Shown: positions 40,575-57,339 of the stretch, one piece after another | How the letters are laid out: the number at the start of each line of letters is the position of its first letter | How positions within the stretch are numbered: position 1 is the stretch's first letter | Assembly: GCA_963805045.1 (NCBI GenBank) | Contig: CAWDTC010000060.1 | Location: forward strand, 28,033 to 92,032 | DNA length: 64,000 nucleotides | Source of the DNA: Candidatus Aminicenantes bacterium | GTDB lineage: Bacteria > Acidobacteriota > Aminicenantia > Aminicenantales > Saccharicenantaceae | Direction of reading: 5' to 3' | The notes under the pieces: generated by a model | Seen by the model: only the letters and a program-made list of their open reading frames with translations | Database searches by the model: none | Told to the model about the DNA's origin: nothing | Made by a program: the position numbers and the translations under genes

Positions 40575-41720
40575 TCAGACGACGACGCGCGGGATGAGCG
40601 GGTTGAGACGGGCCAGGACCTCGTAGCCGATCGTCCCGGCCAGCCCGGCCAGGTCCTCGGCCGTGATCCGCTCCCGCCCGTCGGCGCCGAGGAGGGTCGC
40701 CTCGTCCTCGAGCCGCACGCCCGGGATGTCGGTGACGTCGGCCATGAAGAAGTCCATGGCCACCCGGCCGCGGACCGGGGCCCGCCGGCCCCGGACAAGG
40801 ACGTGGGCGGCGTTGGAGAGCCCGCGGTCGTAGCCGTCGTAGTAGCCGGCGGGCACGACGGCGAGCACGGTCGGCCGCGTCGTCTTGTACGTGCAGCCGT
40901 ACCCGACGCAGGAGTCGGGGGGGACGCGCTTGACCTGGGCGATGCGGGCCTTCCACGACAGGACCGGTTTCAGCGCGAGCGGCCGGCGCTTCTCCTGCAG
41001 GCAGGACAGGTAGGTCTCCTTGGACGGCCAGTAGCCGTAGAGGCCGATGCCGACCCGGGCCATGTCGAAGTCCGTCTCCGGGAAGAGGATGGTCGAGGCC
41101 GTGCAGGACATGTGCCTGACCGGGACGCGCCCGCCCTCGGCCTCGACCGCCCGGCAGGCCGTCCGGAAGGCGTCGAGCTGGCGCGCGGGGTAGTCGTGCT
41201 TCGTCGTGTCCTCGATGTTGGCGAAGTGGGACGAGAGGCCCTCGAGGACGAGCTCCGGGTGGGCGCGGACGGCCCGGACGAAGGGGACGATGTCCCGGAC
41301 CTCGACCCCCTGCCTCCGGGTCCCCGTCTCGACCTTGACGTGGACGACGGCCGTCCTCCCCCGGCGGCGCGCGGCGGCGGCCAGCCGGCGGACCGTCTCA
41401 CGGTTGTAGACGACGAGGCGCAGGTCCCGCTCGACGGCCTCGCCGAGCGCGTCGAACGGCGTGTAGCCGAGGACGAGGACCGGGCAGCGGACGCCCGCCT
41501 CCCGGAGCGCCGCTCCCTCCTCGACCGAGTTGACGCCGAGCCAGTCGACGCCGTGGCGCAGGGCGACCCGGGCGACCTCGAGCATCCCGTGGCCGTAGGC
41601 GTTGGCCTTGACCACGGCCAGGAACTTGCGCCGCGGCCCGATGACACGGCGGAACTCGCGGATATTGTGGACGAGGGCCGCCCGGCTGACCTCGATCCGC
41701 TGGAGGGGCTTGCGGTCCAT
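40575..41720 (-). CDS. alr: Alanine racemase
   Basis: AVVKANAYGHG, HVKVETG, SHFA, VGYG, GYYDG, GRVAMD, TIGYE. Confidence 0.95.
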   Translation of the reverse strand: MDRKPLQRIEVSRAALVHNIREFRRVIGPRRKFLAVVKANAYGHGMLEVARVALRHGVDWLGVNSVEEGAALREAGVRCPVLVLGYTPFDALGEAVERDLRLVVYNRETVRRLAAAARRRGRTAVVHVKVETGTRRQGVEVRDIVPFVRAVRAHPELVLEGLSSHFANIEDTTKHDYPARQLDAFRTACRAVEAEGGRVPVRHMSCTASTILFPETDFDMARVGIGLYGYWPSKETYLSCLQEKRRPLALKPVLSWKARIAQVKRVPPDSCVGYGCTYKTTRPTVLAVVPAGYYDGYDRGLSNAAHVLVRGRRAPVRGRVAMDFFMADVTDIPGVRLEDEATLLGADGRERITAEDLAGLAGTIGYEVLARLNPLIPRVVV

Positions 41721-41730
41721 CCGTCGCTCC

Positions 41731-44066
<2,336 letters not shown>

Positions 44067-44070
44067 GGTG

Positions 44071-45273
44071 TTAGACTCCGCTCCAATCGAACGTATCCTC
44101 CAGGAGCTCCCCCTTCCTGTGGGCGACGTTCTTCTTCAGCCCGACGAGCCGGCCGACCTCGGCCAGGCCCTGCCTCGTCCCCATCCAGATGGCCCCGACG
44201 AGAAGCCCGTCCTTGAGGACGATCTTCTTGTAGACGCCGAGCTCCGGGACGCCGCGGGCCAGGACCTCGTAGCCCCCTGCGTCCGGAATGGCCAGGCCGA
44301 AGGAGGCGACCGAGAGGCCGGCGACCTTGAGCGTGCTCGAGGGGACGGTGCCGGCGTAGGGTTTTTCGAGGCCGAGCATATTGTGCGCCGCGGCCCTCGA
44401 CTGCTCGAAGGCGGCGGGGATGTAGCCGTAGGTCGCGCCCTTGTGCTCGGCCGCGTCGCCGGCGACGAAGATGCCCGGGGCGCTCGTGCGGAGGAGGTCG
44501 TCGGCGACGATGCCGCGGTTGACGGCGAGCCCGGCCTCGCGCGCCGCCTCGGCCTCCGGGCGCACGCCGGCGGCGAGGATGACGGTCTCGGCCTCCCACT
44601 TGTCCCCGCCCTGGAAACTCAGGCCGCGGGCCTCCGCCGCGCCGGAGATCTCCTCCGTGACCGTGCCCAGGCGGACCTCGATGCCCATCTTCTCCACCTG
44701 GCCCTTGAGGACGGCCGCGCCGGCCGCGTCGAGCTGCCGCGGCAGGAGCCGGTCCAAGACCTCGACGACGCGGACCTCGGCTCCGGCGGACTTGAGGGCC
44801 CGGGCGATCTCGAGCCCGAGCAGGCCGCCCCCGATGACCGCCGTCCGCGGGTGCCCCTTGACGTGTTCCATGATGGCCGTGGCGTCGTCGAGCGTCCGGA
44901 GGACGAAGACGCCCTTGCGGTCGGCCCCGCGCACCGGCGGGATGACGGCCCGGCCGCCGCCGGCGAGGAGGAGGACGTCGTAGGGCACGCGGCCGCCCGA
45001 GGCGAGCTCGACCTTGCGTTCCGCCGGGATGAGCCGGACGACCCTCTCCCCCGCCCGGACGAGGATCCGCTGGCGGACGTTCCAGTCCGGGGGGAAGGCG
45101 AACAGCCGCTCCGCGGGCAACCGCCCGGCCAGGAACTCGATGAGGTTGGGCCGCGGGTAGTAGGGATGCCGTTCCTCTCCGAAGAGCTCGATCTCGACGT
45201 CCGGGTCGAGCTCACGGAGCGTCTTGGCGGCCATGGTCCCGGCCAGGCCGCTGCCGACGATGACGGCTCTCAT
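44071..45273 (-). CDS. FAD/NADH oxidoreductase, probable rubredoxin reductase
   Basis: IVGSGLAG, YDVLLLAGG, IGGGLLGLE, TSAPGIFVAGD; directly downstream of rubredoxin. Confidence 0.85.
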   Translation of the reverse strand: MRAVIVGSGLAGTMAAKTLRELDPDVEIELFGEERHPYYPRPNLIEFLAGRLPAERLFAFPPDWNVRQRILVRAGERVVRLIPAERKVELASGGRVPYDVLLLAGGGRAVIPPVRGADRKGVFVLRTLDDATAIMEHVKGHPRTAVIGGGLLGLEIARALKSAGAEVRVVEVLDRLLPRQLDAAGAAVLKGQVEKMGIEVRLGTVTEEISGAAEARGLSFQGGDKWEAETVILAAGVRPEAEAAREAGLAVNRGIVADDLLRTSAPGIFVAGDAAEHKGATYGYIPAAFEQSRAAAHNMLGLEKPYAGTVPSSTLKVAGLSVASFGLAIPDAGGYEVLARGVPELGVYKKIVLKDGLLVGAIWMGTRQGLAEVGRLVGLKKNVAHRKGELLEDTFDWSGV

Positions 45274-45300
45274 GGGCGGACCGCGCCCCGGCCGCCGGGG

Positions 45301-45462
45301 CTAGGACACCTTCTGGAAGAATTCCTTGCCGACGCCGCACTGGGGGCAGGTCCAGGCGTCGGGCAGGTCCTCGAACCGTGTCCCGGATGGGATGCCGTTG
45401 TCCGGGTCGCCCGTGGCGGGGTCGTAGATATAGCCGCAGGCCGTGCATTCCCATTTTTCCAT
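45301..45462 (-). CDS. Rubredoxin
   Basis: [53 protein letters not shown] (below ORF-track cutoff). Confidence 0.95.
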   Translation of the reverse strand: MEKWECTACGYIYDPATGDPDNGIPSGTRFEDLPDAWTCPQCGVGKEFFQKVS

Positions 45463-45509
45463 GCGCGTCTCCTTGTTTCGGTCCTCGGCGCGGCCGCGAA
45501 GCCGTGCTC

Positions 45510-45533
45510 ATTATAAACAATTCGGGGGGGCTG

Positions 45534-45537
<4 letters not shown>
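45510..45537 (-). promoter_or_regulatory. Consensus sigma70 promoter upstream of rubredoxin
   Basis: Minus strand TTGACA-16 nt-TATAAT. Confidence 0.7.
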
Positions 45538-47799
<2,262 letters not shown>

Positions 47800-47888
47800 G
47801 GGCGTGGTTTTTCATCTTAAACGTTTCCGGAAGGGCGGTCAACCGCGCCCGCGGCGAGGGGCCCCCGGCGGGAGGAGAGGCGGCCGGG

Positions 47889-48589
47889 TCAGTTGATGAC
47901 CTTGAGGAAGCGGGTCCAGCGGGCCTTGGGGATGAGGCTGGCGATCTTCCTCAGCCGGGCCTGGAGGCTCGTCTTCTGCCAGGCGTCGCGCTCGGCGCCG
48001 TAGGAGAAGTAGATGACCCACGGCTTGCCCTTGATGTAGTTCAGCGGCAGGAAGCCCCAGTAGCGGCTGTCGGCGCTGTTGTCCCGGTTGTCCCCCATGA
48101 CGAAGCAGTGGCCCGGCGGCACGACGACCGGGCCGTAGTTGTCCCGGATGACGTCGTCGTAGTGGTAGGCGTCGTTCTTGGCGAAGACCTGGCTGTCGCT
48201 GTGGACCTTGTACGGCTCTTCGATGGGCCGGTCGTTGATGTAGATCTGCTTGTCCTTGATCTCGAGCTTCTCCCCTTCGAGGGCGATGACCCGCTTGACG
48301 AAGTCCTTGGTCAGCTCCTTCGGGTACTTGAAGACGACGATGTCCTTGCGGGCGATCGCCTTGCGGGGCAGGATGACCCCCTCGAGCGGCAGGACGGGCG
48401 GACGTAGGCCAGCTTGTTGACGAGGAGGAAGTCGCCGACGAGGAGCGTCGGCTCCATCGACCCGGTCGGGATCTGGAAGGCCTGGACGACGAAGGTCATG
48501 ACGAAAAAGACGAAGACGGCCGTCTCGACGATGAGCTCGAAGTATTCCCTGACCACGCTTTTGTCGCGCTTCTTCGGTTCTTTGGCCAT
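47889..48589 (-). CDS. lepB: Signal peptidase I (apparent frameshift near 48400)
   Basis: IPTGSMEPTLLVGD, FVKRVIALEG, MGDNRDNSADSRYWG. Confidence 0.93.
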
Positions 48590-48612
48590 GTCTCTCCGCC
48601 TATGAAGCATCT

Positions 48613-48641
48613 ACTATATTAGAAAACGCGCCGTTCGGCAA
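48613..48641 (-). promoter_or_regulatory. Sigma70-type promoter of lepB
   Basis: Minus strand TTGCCG-17 nt-TATAGT. Confidence 0.5.
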
Positions 48642-48908
48642 CTCCGTTCCGACATAGGTCGGAGGGGACCCGTCCGTGTCGCGGGATGGCGCCGAGGCCG
48701 TCCTTATCCCCCGGCCCCGGGAACCTGTCCCGCTCCCCCATCCCGTTCCGTGGCGGAACGGGACGGGCCCCCCTCCAAACGGGGGCTCTCGGATGGCCTC
48801 GGCGCCACCGCTAAGAACCTGAAGGGCCTCGGGGGGATGGCCGGGACGTCATGTGCGGCTGAGCGCAAGCCGGCACTCTGGAGTGGAGGCCATCCCTCCG
48901 AGACCCTC
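48636..48908. repeat. Structured noncoding element B (related to 28562-28827)
   Basis: Long stems 48687-48703/48791-48807 and 48823-48842/48888-48907; exact shared 20-mer and 11-mer with element A. Confidence 0.55.
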
Positions 48909-48962
48909 AAGAAGAGGCCCGCGGGACGTCCTTGACAGGCGGGGGGAATACGGATTTACTAA

Positions 48963-51511
<2,549 letters not shown>

Positions 51512-51542
51512 CCGCGGGCGAGATCGGAACGAAGGGGTTCTC

Positions 51543-53085
51543 ATGAAGAAGGGATTGCGCTGGAAGATCATTCTCACCGCGGCCGTCATAGCCGTCTCGA
51601 TCTTCGTCGCCTGGCCGATCCAGGACAAGATCAAGCTCGGGCTGGACCTCAAGGGCGGCATCCACCTGGTCATGCAGATCATGACGGAGGACGCCGTGGT
51701 CATGGAAACGGACCAGGAGATCCTCCGCCTCCAGGACGTTTTCAAGAAGAACACCATCACGTTCGCCGCCATGACGCGCCTGGCGCCCGGGCAAGTTCAC
51801 CATCCAGGGGCTCAACCCGGACGAGGAAGGCAAGGTCCGCGAGCAGCTCGACCAGTACCTCCGGGACTGGGACTACAGCTTCAACGGCCCGGTGGCCACG
51901 GTCTCGATGAAGGGCCCGGCCATGCAGCTCATGAAGGACCAGGCCGTCGAGCAGTCCGTCGAGACGATCCGCAACCGCATCGACCAGTTCGGCGTCGCCG
52001 AGCCGATCATCGCACCGCTACGGCCGGGAGCAGCTCATCGTCGAGCTGCCGGGCGTCGACAACCCCGAGCGCGTCCAGTACATCATCAAGACCGCGGCCG
52101 TCCTCGAGTGGAAGCTGGTCAAGGCCGGCCCGGCCGCCGACGAGGCGACCCTCCTCAAGGACTTCGGCGGCAAGGTCCCCGACGACATGGAGGTCGTCAG
52201 GGGCGACCCGAAGCGGCGGGCCGAGGGCTTCTTCCTCGTGACCAAGGTCGCCGCCGTGACGGGCAAGGACCTCCGCCTCGTCCGCCGGAGCCAGGACGAA
52301 TGGGGCCAGCCGGCCGTCGCCTTCCAGCTCAAGGCCGACGGCGCCCGTCGCTTCGAACAGGTCACGGGCGAGAACATCGGCAAGCAGCTGGCCATCATCC
52401 TGGACAAGAAGGTCCAGTCGGCCCCGAACATCAACGCCCGGATCAGCGACAGCGGCATCATCCAGGGGCGGAACTTCACCGTCGAGACGGCGGACGACCT
52501 GGTCCTCATCCTCAAGGCCGGCGCCCTGCCGGCCGGCATCAAGACCCTGGAGAACCGGACGATCGGGCCGTCGCTCGGCGCCGACTCCATCCGGGCCGGC
52601 TTCCTGTCCGCCCTGATCGCCCTCGTCGCCATCATGGCCTTCATGCTCTTCTACTACCGGATCTCGGGCATCAACGCCATCGTCGCCCTGATCCTCAACC
52701 AGATCATCCTCTTCGGCTCCCTGGCCTACTTCCGGGCGACGCTGACCCTGCCGGGCATCGCCGGCATCATCCTGGGCATCGGCATGGCCGTCGACTGCAA
52801 CGTCCTCGTCTTCGAGCGCATCCGCGAGGAGTTCGCGCTCGGGCAAGAGCGATCCTGAACTCGATCACCCTGGGCTTCTCCCGGGCCTTCCGGACGATCT
52901 TCGACTCGCACATGACGACGATCATCTCGGCCGTCTTCCTCTTCCAGTTCGGGACGGGGCCGATCAAGGGGTACGCCGTGACCCTGATCATCAGCCTCGT
53001 CGCCAACCTCTTCACGGCCGTCTTCGTCTCGCACTGGATCTTCGACCTGACCCACTCCGCCAAGACCCAAAAGTTGAGCATCTAC
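51543..53085 (+). CDS. secD: Protein translocase SecD (apparent frameshifts; stop codon seems cut at the junction)
   Basis: LGLDLKGG, RIDQFGVAEP, IGPSLG, TLTLPGIAG, VDCNVLVFERIREE, GPIKGYA, ends KLSI. Confidence 0.93.
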
Positions 53086-53125
53086 GGCCTGACTTGCGCA
53101 GAAAAGCACTGCGCAAGTCAGGCCG
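53085..53125. repeat. Perfect 17-bp inverted repeat at the composition boundary
   Basis: CGGCCTGACTTGCGCAG-aaaagca-CTGCGCAAGTCAGGCCG. Confidence 0.85.
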
Positions 53126-53425
53126 CGGAAGCCGACCCTGGCGGGGTAGGAGCAAGGAGCTTGCAGAAAACATGGGGAGGGCGGGGAGAAATCCCTCGAC
53201 TTCATCCTCGATCCTCTCCGGTTGCTCGGGGCTTCGGCTTGGAGGGGCAGCGCGGCCGAGTCGGCGCGCCGGAGGTGCATAAATCCCCAGAGAACGACAC
53301 TACGCGGAGCCTCCGCAGGTGGCGCAGATTCACGCAACGGCAGGGGAATGTTCTCGCGGTGCCAAGAATCTTCGTGCGTTCTCCGTCTATGTCTCTGAGA
53401 ACCACGAAACGCCCGTGGAGCGGTG

Positions 53426-54016
53426 ATGGCTAACCGTGATTACAAGTTGGTGCAGAAGGTGCTCGCCGGGAACGTCCCGGCCGGGGAGGAGCTGGCCCGG
53501 CGGGGGCATGAGGATTTGTACGCGTTCTTCATGTGGCAGATCCGGGACCCCGAGCTCGCGGCGAATCTCACGCAAGAGGCCTTGGTCCGCATCTGGGAGC
53601 GGCTTTCCCAGTTTCGCGGCGAGAGCAGTCTGCGCACCTGGAGGCACACCATCGCCTTCTCCGTGCTGGCCGATCATCGTCGTCAGGAGGCGCGGGCGCC
53701 GCAGCCTTTGGGGGAGCACGTGCAAATATCCTCCGGCGACGAGTACCTGCGCCAGGCCGAATTGCGGATGGCCTTGGCCGAGGCGCTGGCCGCGCTTCCG
53801 GAGTTGGAACGCAACGTCATCATCCTGTGCAAATTACGCGGCTTTACGCTCGCCGAAGCGGCCGGCCTTCTCGGCGAGCCTGTCGGAACGTTGGTGTGGC
53901 GAGTGGCGGAAGGGCTGAAGAAGCTGCGCGTCCTGCTCTCCGGAGAGCGGGAAACGGAGCGAAAGACCACCGCCATTCCAGGAAAGGAGGCAACCTCCGA
54001 TGTGTCCCAAGGGTAA
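53426..54016 (+). CDS. ECF sigma factor
   Basis: AANLTQEALVRIW..FRGESSLRTW; region 4 GFTLAEAAGLLGEPVGTLVWR. Confidence 0.85.
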   Translation: MANRDYKLVQKVLAGNVPAGEELARRGHEDLYAFFMWQIRDPELAANLTQEALVRIWERLSQFRGESSLRTWRHTIAFSVLADHRRQEARAPQPLGEHVQISSGDEYLRQAELRMALAEALAALPELERNVIILCKLRGFTLAEAAGLLGEPVGTLVWRVAEGLKKLRVLLSGERETERKTTAIPGKEATSDVSQG

Positions 54017-55299
54017 TGAACTGCTCCAGAGGAGCGATGGCGTATTTGGACGATGGGCCTGGGCGTGGCACGCCCGGCGATGCAAGGAGTGTGCAGAAGT
54101 GTACGCGGCCGAACGGTTTGTGTCGGCCTGCGCGGCTCAGGCCGGGAAGTTGGCCCGTGCCGGCGGAACTGACGACGCGTCCGCGGTCTGCGAGGCGGTG
54201 GCGATGGGCGGCCGCGGTCGCGATTGTAGTGGTGCTGATCCTGCCGCCGGTCGTATCAGGAATATCCCATGAGAGACATGCGGTCAGGTACGTGCCGGCT
54301 CCGAGTGGGCCGAGTTTGGTGGTGACGAATCCGGTAGTGATGAAACCGGAGGGACAGGCAGTGGAGTACGGGCCGGCCCTGAGTGTGCCGAGTCCTGAGG
54401 TAACGACCCGGGAAGGGCGCGGGATTCGGACCGTGCATTACACGACCACTACGCAGGACGGCGCGGACACCGATCCGCAGCTAGCCAATGGTGAGAGGCG
54501 GAGAGAAGTGAGCATAAGGTATCCCGACAAAGAAAGACAGGAGGATACTGGTTCGATGATCACCATCCGGAACGGGGATCGCAGGCTGGCCAGCAACACC
54601 GCGGCGTGGACACGGGACGGATACCCCTCCCAGTGGTGCCTGAGTCGGACGATCCAGCCCCTCCTGTCGCCGGACGCGTTTACCAGGGCAGGCGCCGAAG
54701 CCGGTTTGCTCGCGGCGGACGTCTTTCCCAATTCCGATCCCTTCAATCCGTCCTCTCCAGTCGTCGAGCACCACACCGAGCAGGGCCCGCAAGGCCAGAC
54801 GGTGGTGGTCACGGAACTCAAGCGGACCACGCCCAGCGGGACTTGGAAAGGCACGCTTCGCACCGCGCTCGATCCGGTCACAGGGCTCGTTTCGAGTTGG
54901 AATCTGGAGGCGGCGGTCACGTTTACCCGCGGGCCTTGGGTGGAGCAGTCGACGGCTCCGGTGCCGGTGTTGCATTCCAGTTGGCGCACGGTCTGCGAAC
55001 GCGTCGAATACAACACGGACCTTCCCGATGCTCTCTTCAGCACCGAGCCGCCCGGGGGGGCCCTGGTGACGGATGTCTACTCACCGAAGGCCCTGAAGCG
55101 GGACTATGAGGAGCAGGTCCGGGTGCTGCAAGAGAGGCTCAGGAAGGAGCCCGATCCGGAGCAACGGGCCAGGAATGCCGACTTTTGGGGCCGCAAGGAG
55201 AAGCCGAACCTGTTCGAGTGCCTTCAGGTGCTGCCGCAGAAGGATCAGGACGAGATACGCGCGAAGCTGCGGGAGATCGGGATCAATCTGCCGGAGTAG
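54000..55299 (+). CDS. Putative zf-HC2 membrane anti-sigma factor with large extracytoplasmic domain (frameshifted 5' part)
   Basis: RBS AAGGAGG; HARRCKEC, TM WAAAVAIVVVLILPP, late VEYNTDLPDALF (LolA-like end). Confidence 0.6.
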
Positions 55300-55303
55300 A
55301 CGA

Positions 55304-55334
55304 TGGGGGCGGCCCGACCGCGGGTCGCCCCTAC
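55304..55334 (-). repeat. GTAG-type REP-like palindrome between convergent genes
   Basis: Minus strand GTAGGGGCGACCCGCGGTCGGGCCGCCCC. Confidence 0.45.
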
Positions 55335-56369
55335 GTCATGCTTGCCGCCAGCAGGATCGCCTCCACCATACTCCCCGCGTCCGCGGCCCCTTGGCCCCGC
55401 GATATCAAAGGCCGTCCCGTGATCTACGGAGGTGCGGATGATCGGCAGGCCCAGGGTCACGTTCACTCCGGCCGCGTGCATTCGCCCGTCTCGTCCCCGC
55501 GTGAAGCCCAGCGTCTTGACCGCGATATGCCCGTGATCGTGCAGCATCGCCACCACGGCCTCGAACTCGCCAGCGCGTTGGCGGGCGAAGATGGTGTCGG
55601 GCGGCCAGGGGCCGGAGGCGTCCAGGCCTTCGGCTTGGGCCTGCGCAATCGCGGGCGCGATCTCGCGGATTTCCTCGTCTCCGAACAGGCCGGCCTCGCC
55701 GGCGTGAGGATTCAGGCCGCCCACCGCGAGGCGGCGGCGGGGCAAGTGCATCTGTCGCAGCGCGCGGTCAACGAGGCGAATCACTTCGAGCACGCGGGAG
55801 GTGGTGATCGCGCGCGCACGCCTCTCGCACGGAGACATGAGTGGTGACATGGGCGACGCGCGATCTCGCCATGCACGAGCAGCATGGAGACGTGCTTCAC
55901 GCCGCACAGGGCTGCGAGCATCTCCGTGTGGCCGGGGTAGGGGAGGCCGGCGAGACGGAGAGCTTCCTTATTGATTGGCGCGGTAACGATTCCGGCCACC
56001 GCGCCGGCGAGCGCGAGTCGGACCGCGGTTTCGATATACTCGGCCGCTCCGCGTCCCGCCGCCGCGCTCACCCGGCCCAGAGGAATCTCGTCCGGGTCGG
56101 CATTGTGAAGATCGAGCAGACAAATGCGGCCGGGATGCCGGGGTCGCTTCGGCCGCGTCGGAAATGATCTTCACTGAGAGCGGCTTGCCGAGCGACGCGG
56201 CCACGCGCTGCAGAATCCGTCCGTCGCCGACAATAAGAGCCCGACTCGCGGCTCGCACCACGCGGCGCGACAGAGCCCCGAGGATGACTTCGGAGCCAAT
56301 CCCCGCCGGATCACCCATGGTAATGGCCAGGAGGGGGCGGGGGGGGGCAAATTGTCGGTTAGTAGTCAT
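55331..56369 (-). CDS. pdxA: PdxA-family dehydrogenase, probably PdxA2 type (apparent frameshifts)
   Basis: TMGDPAGIG, TAPINKE, YPGHTE, GLNPHAGE, PPDT, HDHGH, NVTLGLPIIRTSVDHGTAFDIA. Confidence 0.92.
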
Positions 56370-56392
56370 TGTAACAGAATCTCTCCTCCCAT

Positions 56393-56536
56393 GTGGCGCA
56401 AGTTTTCAACTTGCGGTGCCTGCGGAGCAGGCAAGATAGGGCGCAGGTGAAGCATTTTCGCTGGTCGCCAGGCGAACAGGGCGGTAGTGGTCTTTACCCA
56501 CCTCCGGTGGGTCCGCAAGTTGAAAACTTGCGCCAC
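56393..56536. repeat. REP doublet (REPIN)
   Basis: GTGG-CGCAAGTT-TTC-AACTTGCG at 56393-56415 and its inverse at 56514-56536. Confidence 0.85.
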
Positions 56537-56565
56537 ATGGGGGGGGGAGGAGGAGTGCGCCATCA

Positions 56566-57142
56566 TTAGAAATCCCTTCCCATGCAGGGGCGAGGGGTGT
56601 CGAAGAATTCCATCCATTCGCCCCAGAGGCCATCATACTTATAGGGGTCCGTCACCAAGCCCCGCAGCACGGCGTTGTTGATAATGTAGCCGGCCTTCCA
56701 GATCGAACTCTCTTTTGCTACGGATCAGACGGTCGAAGCCCTCGTGCTGCCACAGTGTACCCGTTCGTCCTCGAATGCGGTTAATCTCCTGTGCGCTGTG
56801 CCGCTTCACGCCGCGCAGGATTTCAGACAGGGAATACCACAAGCCCTCCGATGCCTCCAGCAGTCTGGCCAACACGTGCACATGATCGGGCATCACGGTG
56901 AGGACATGTACGTGCCACTTTTGATGATTCCAGAAGAGCAAGGCCTCCTTGGCAAGCCGCCTCTCTTCGGGGGTCAGATGACCACCTACCGTCACACCAC
57001 GATCCAACAGGTCATAACAGATGGAGTAGGTTGATCCGCCCGCTTGCCAGTGCGGCAGGTATCGCTGTGAGATAACAAGATCTTTGCCGACATAGTGGGG
57101 CTCCTGCACCCCTCCCTCCTCAAAGCCCGTTCTCTGTGACAC
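56566..57142 (-). CDS. REP-associated tyrosine transposase (RAYT; one apparent frameshift near 56695)
   Basis: YLPHWQ, VMPDHVHVL (HUH), LWQHEGFDRLIRS, then YIINN in the adjacent frame. Confidence 0.85.
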
Positions 57143-57157
57143 AAGTCCCTCTTCTCC

Positions 57158-57323
57158 CCATGGGGCGCAAGTCCACGTTATTTTCACAGCACTACAGCCT
57201 GCCGTGGAAATAACGCACATCAACTTGCGCCGTATGTTCCCCTGGCGACGCCACAAGAGTCCTGTTTACACCCGTCTTGCCTGCTCCGCAGGCACCGCAA
57301 GTTGAAAACTTGCGCCACATGGG
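57158..57323. repeat. Second REP cluster (one intact, two decayed copies)
   Basis: Intact inverse REP 57296-57318; partial CCATGGGGCGCAAGT 57158-57172 and AACTTGCGCCGTATG 57222-57236. Confidence 0.7.
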
Positions 57324-57339
57324 AGGGAGGAGGGGAGAC

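Larger units (their letters stand above)
56385..57326. mobile_element. RAYT/REP cassette bounded by 52-bp perfect inverted repeats
   Basis: 56385-56436 is the exact reverse complement of 57275-57326; encloses a HUH Y1 transposase gene and extra REP copies. Confidence 0.8.

Noticed and set aside
48113-48122. Short 77-aa ORF (47889-48122) as a separate gene
   Set aside because: It is the C-terminal part of frameshifted lepB
56385-57326. Repeats as a CRISPR array
   Set aside because: Copies are inverted and irregularly spaced around a RAYT gene; no cas genes or regular spacers
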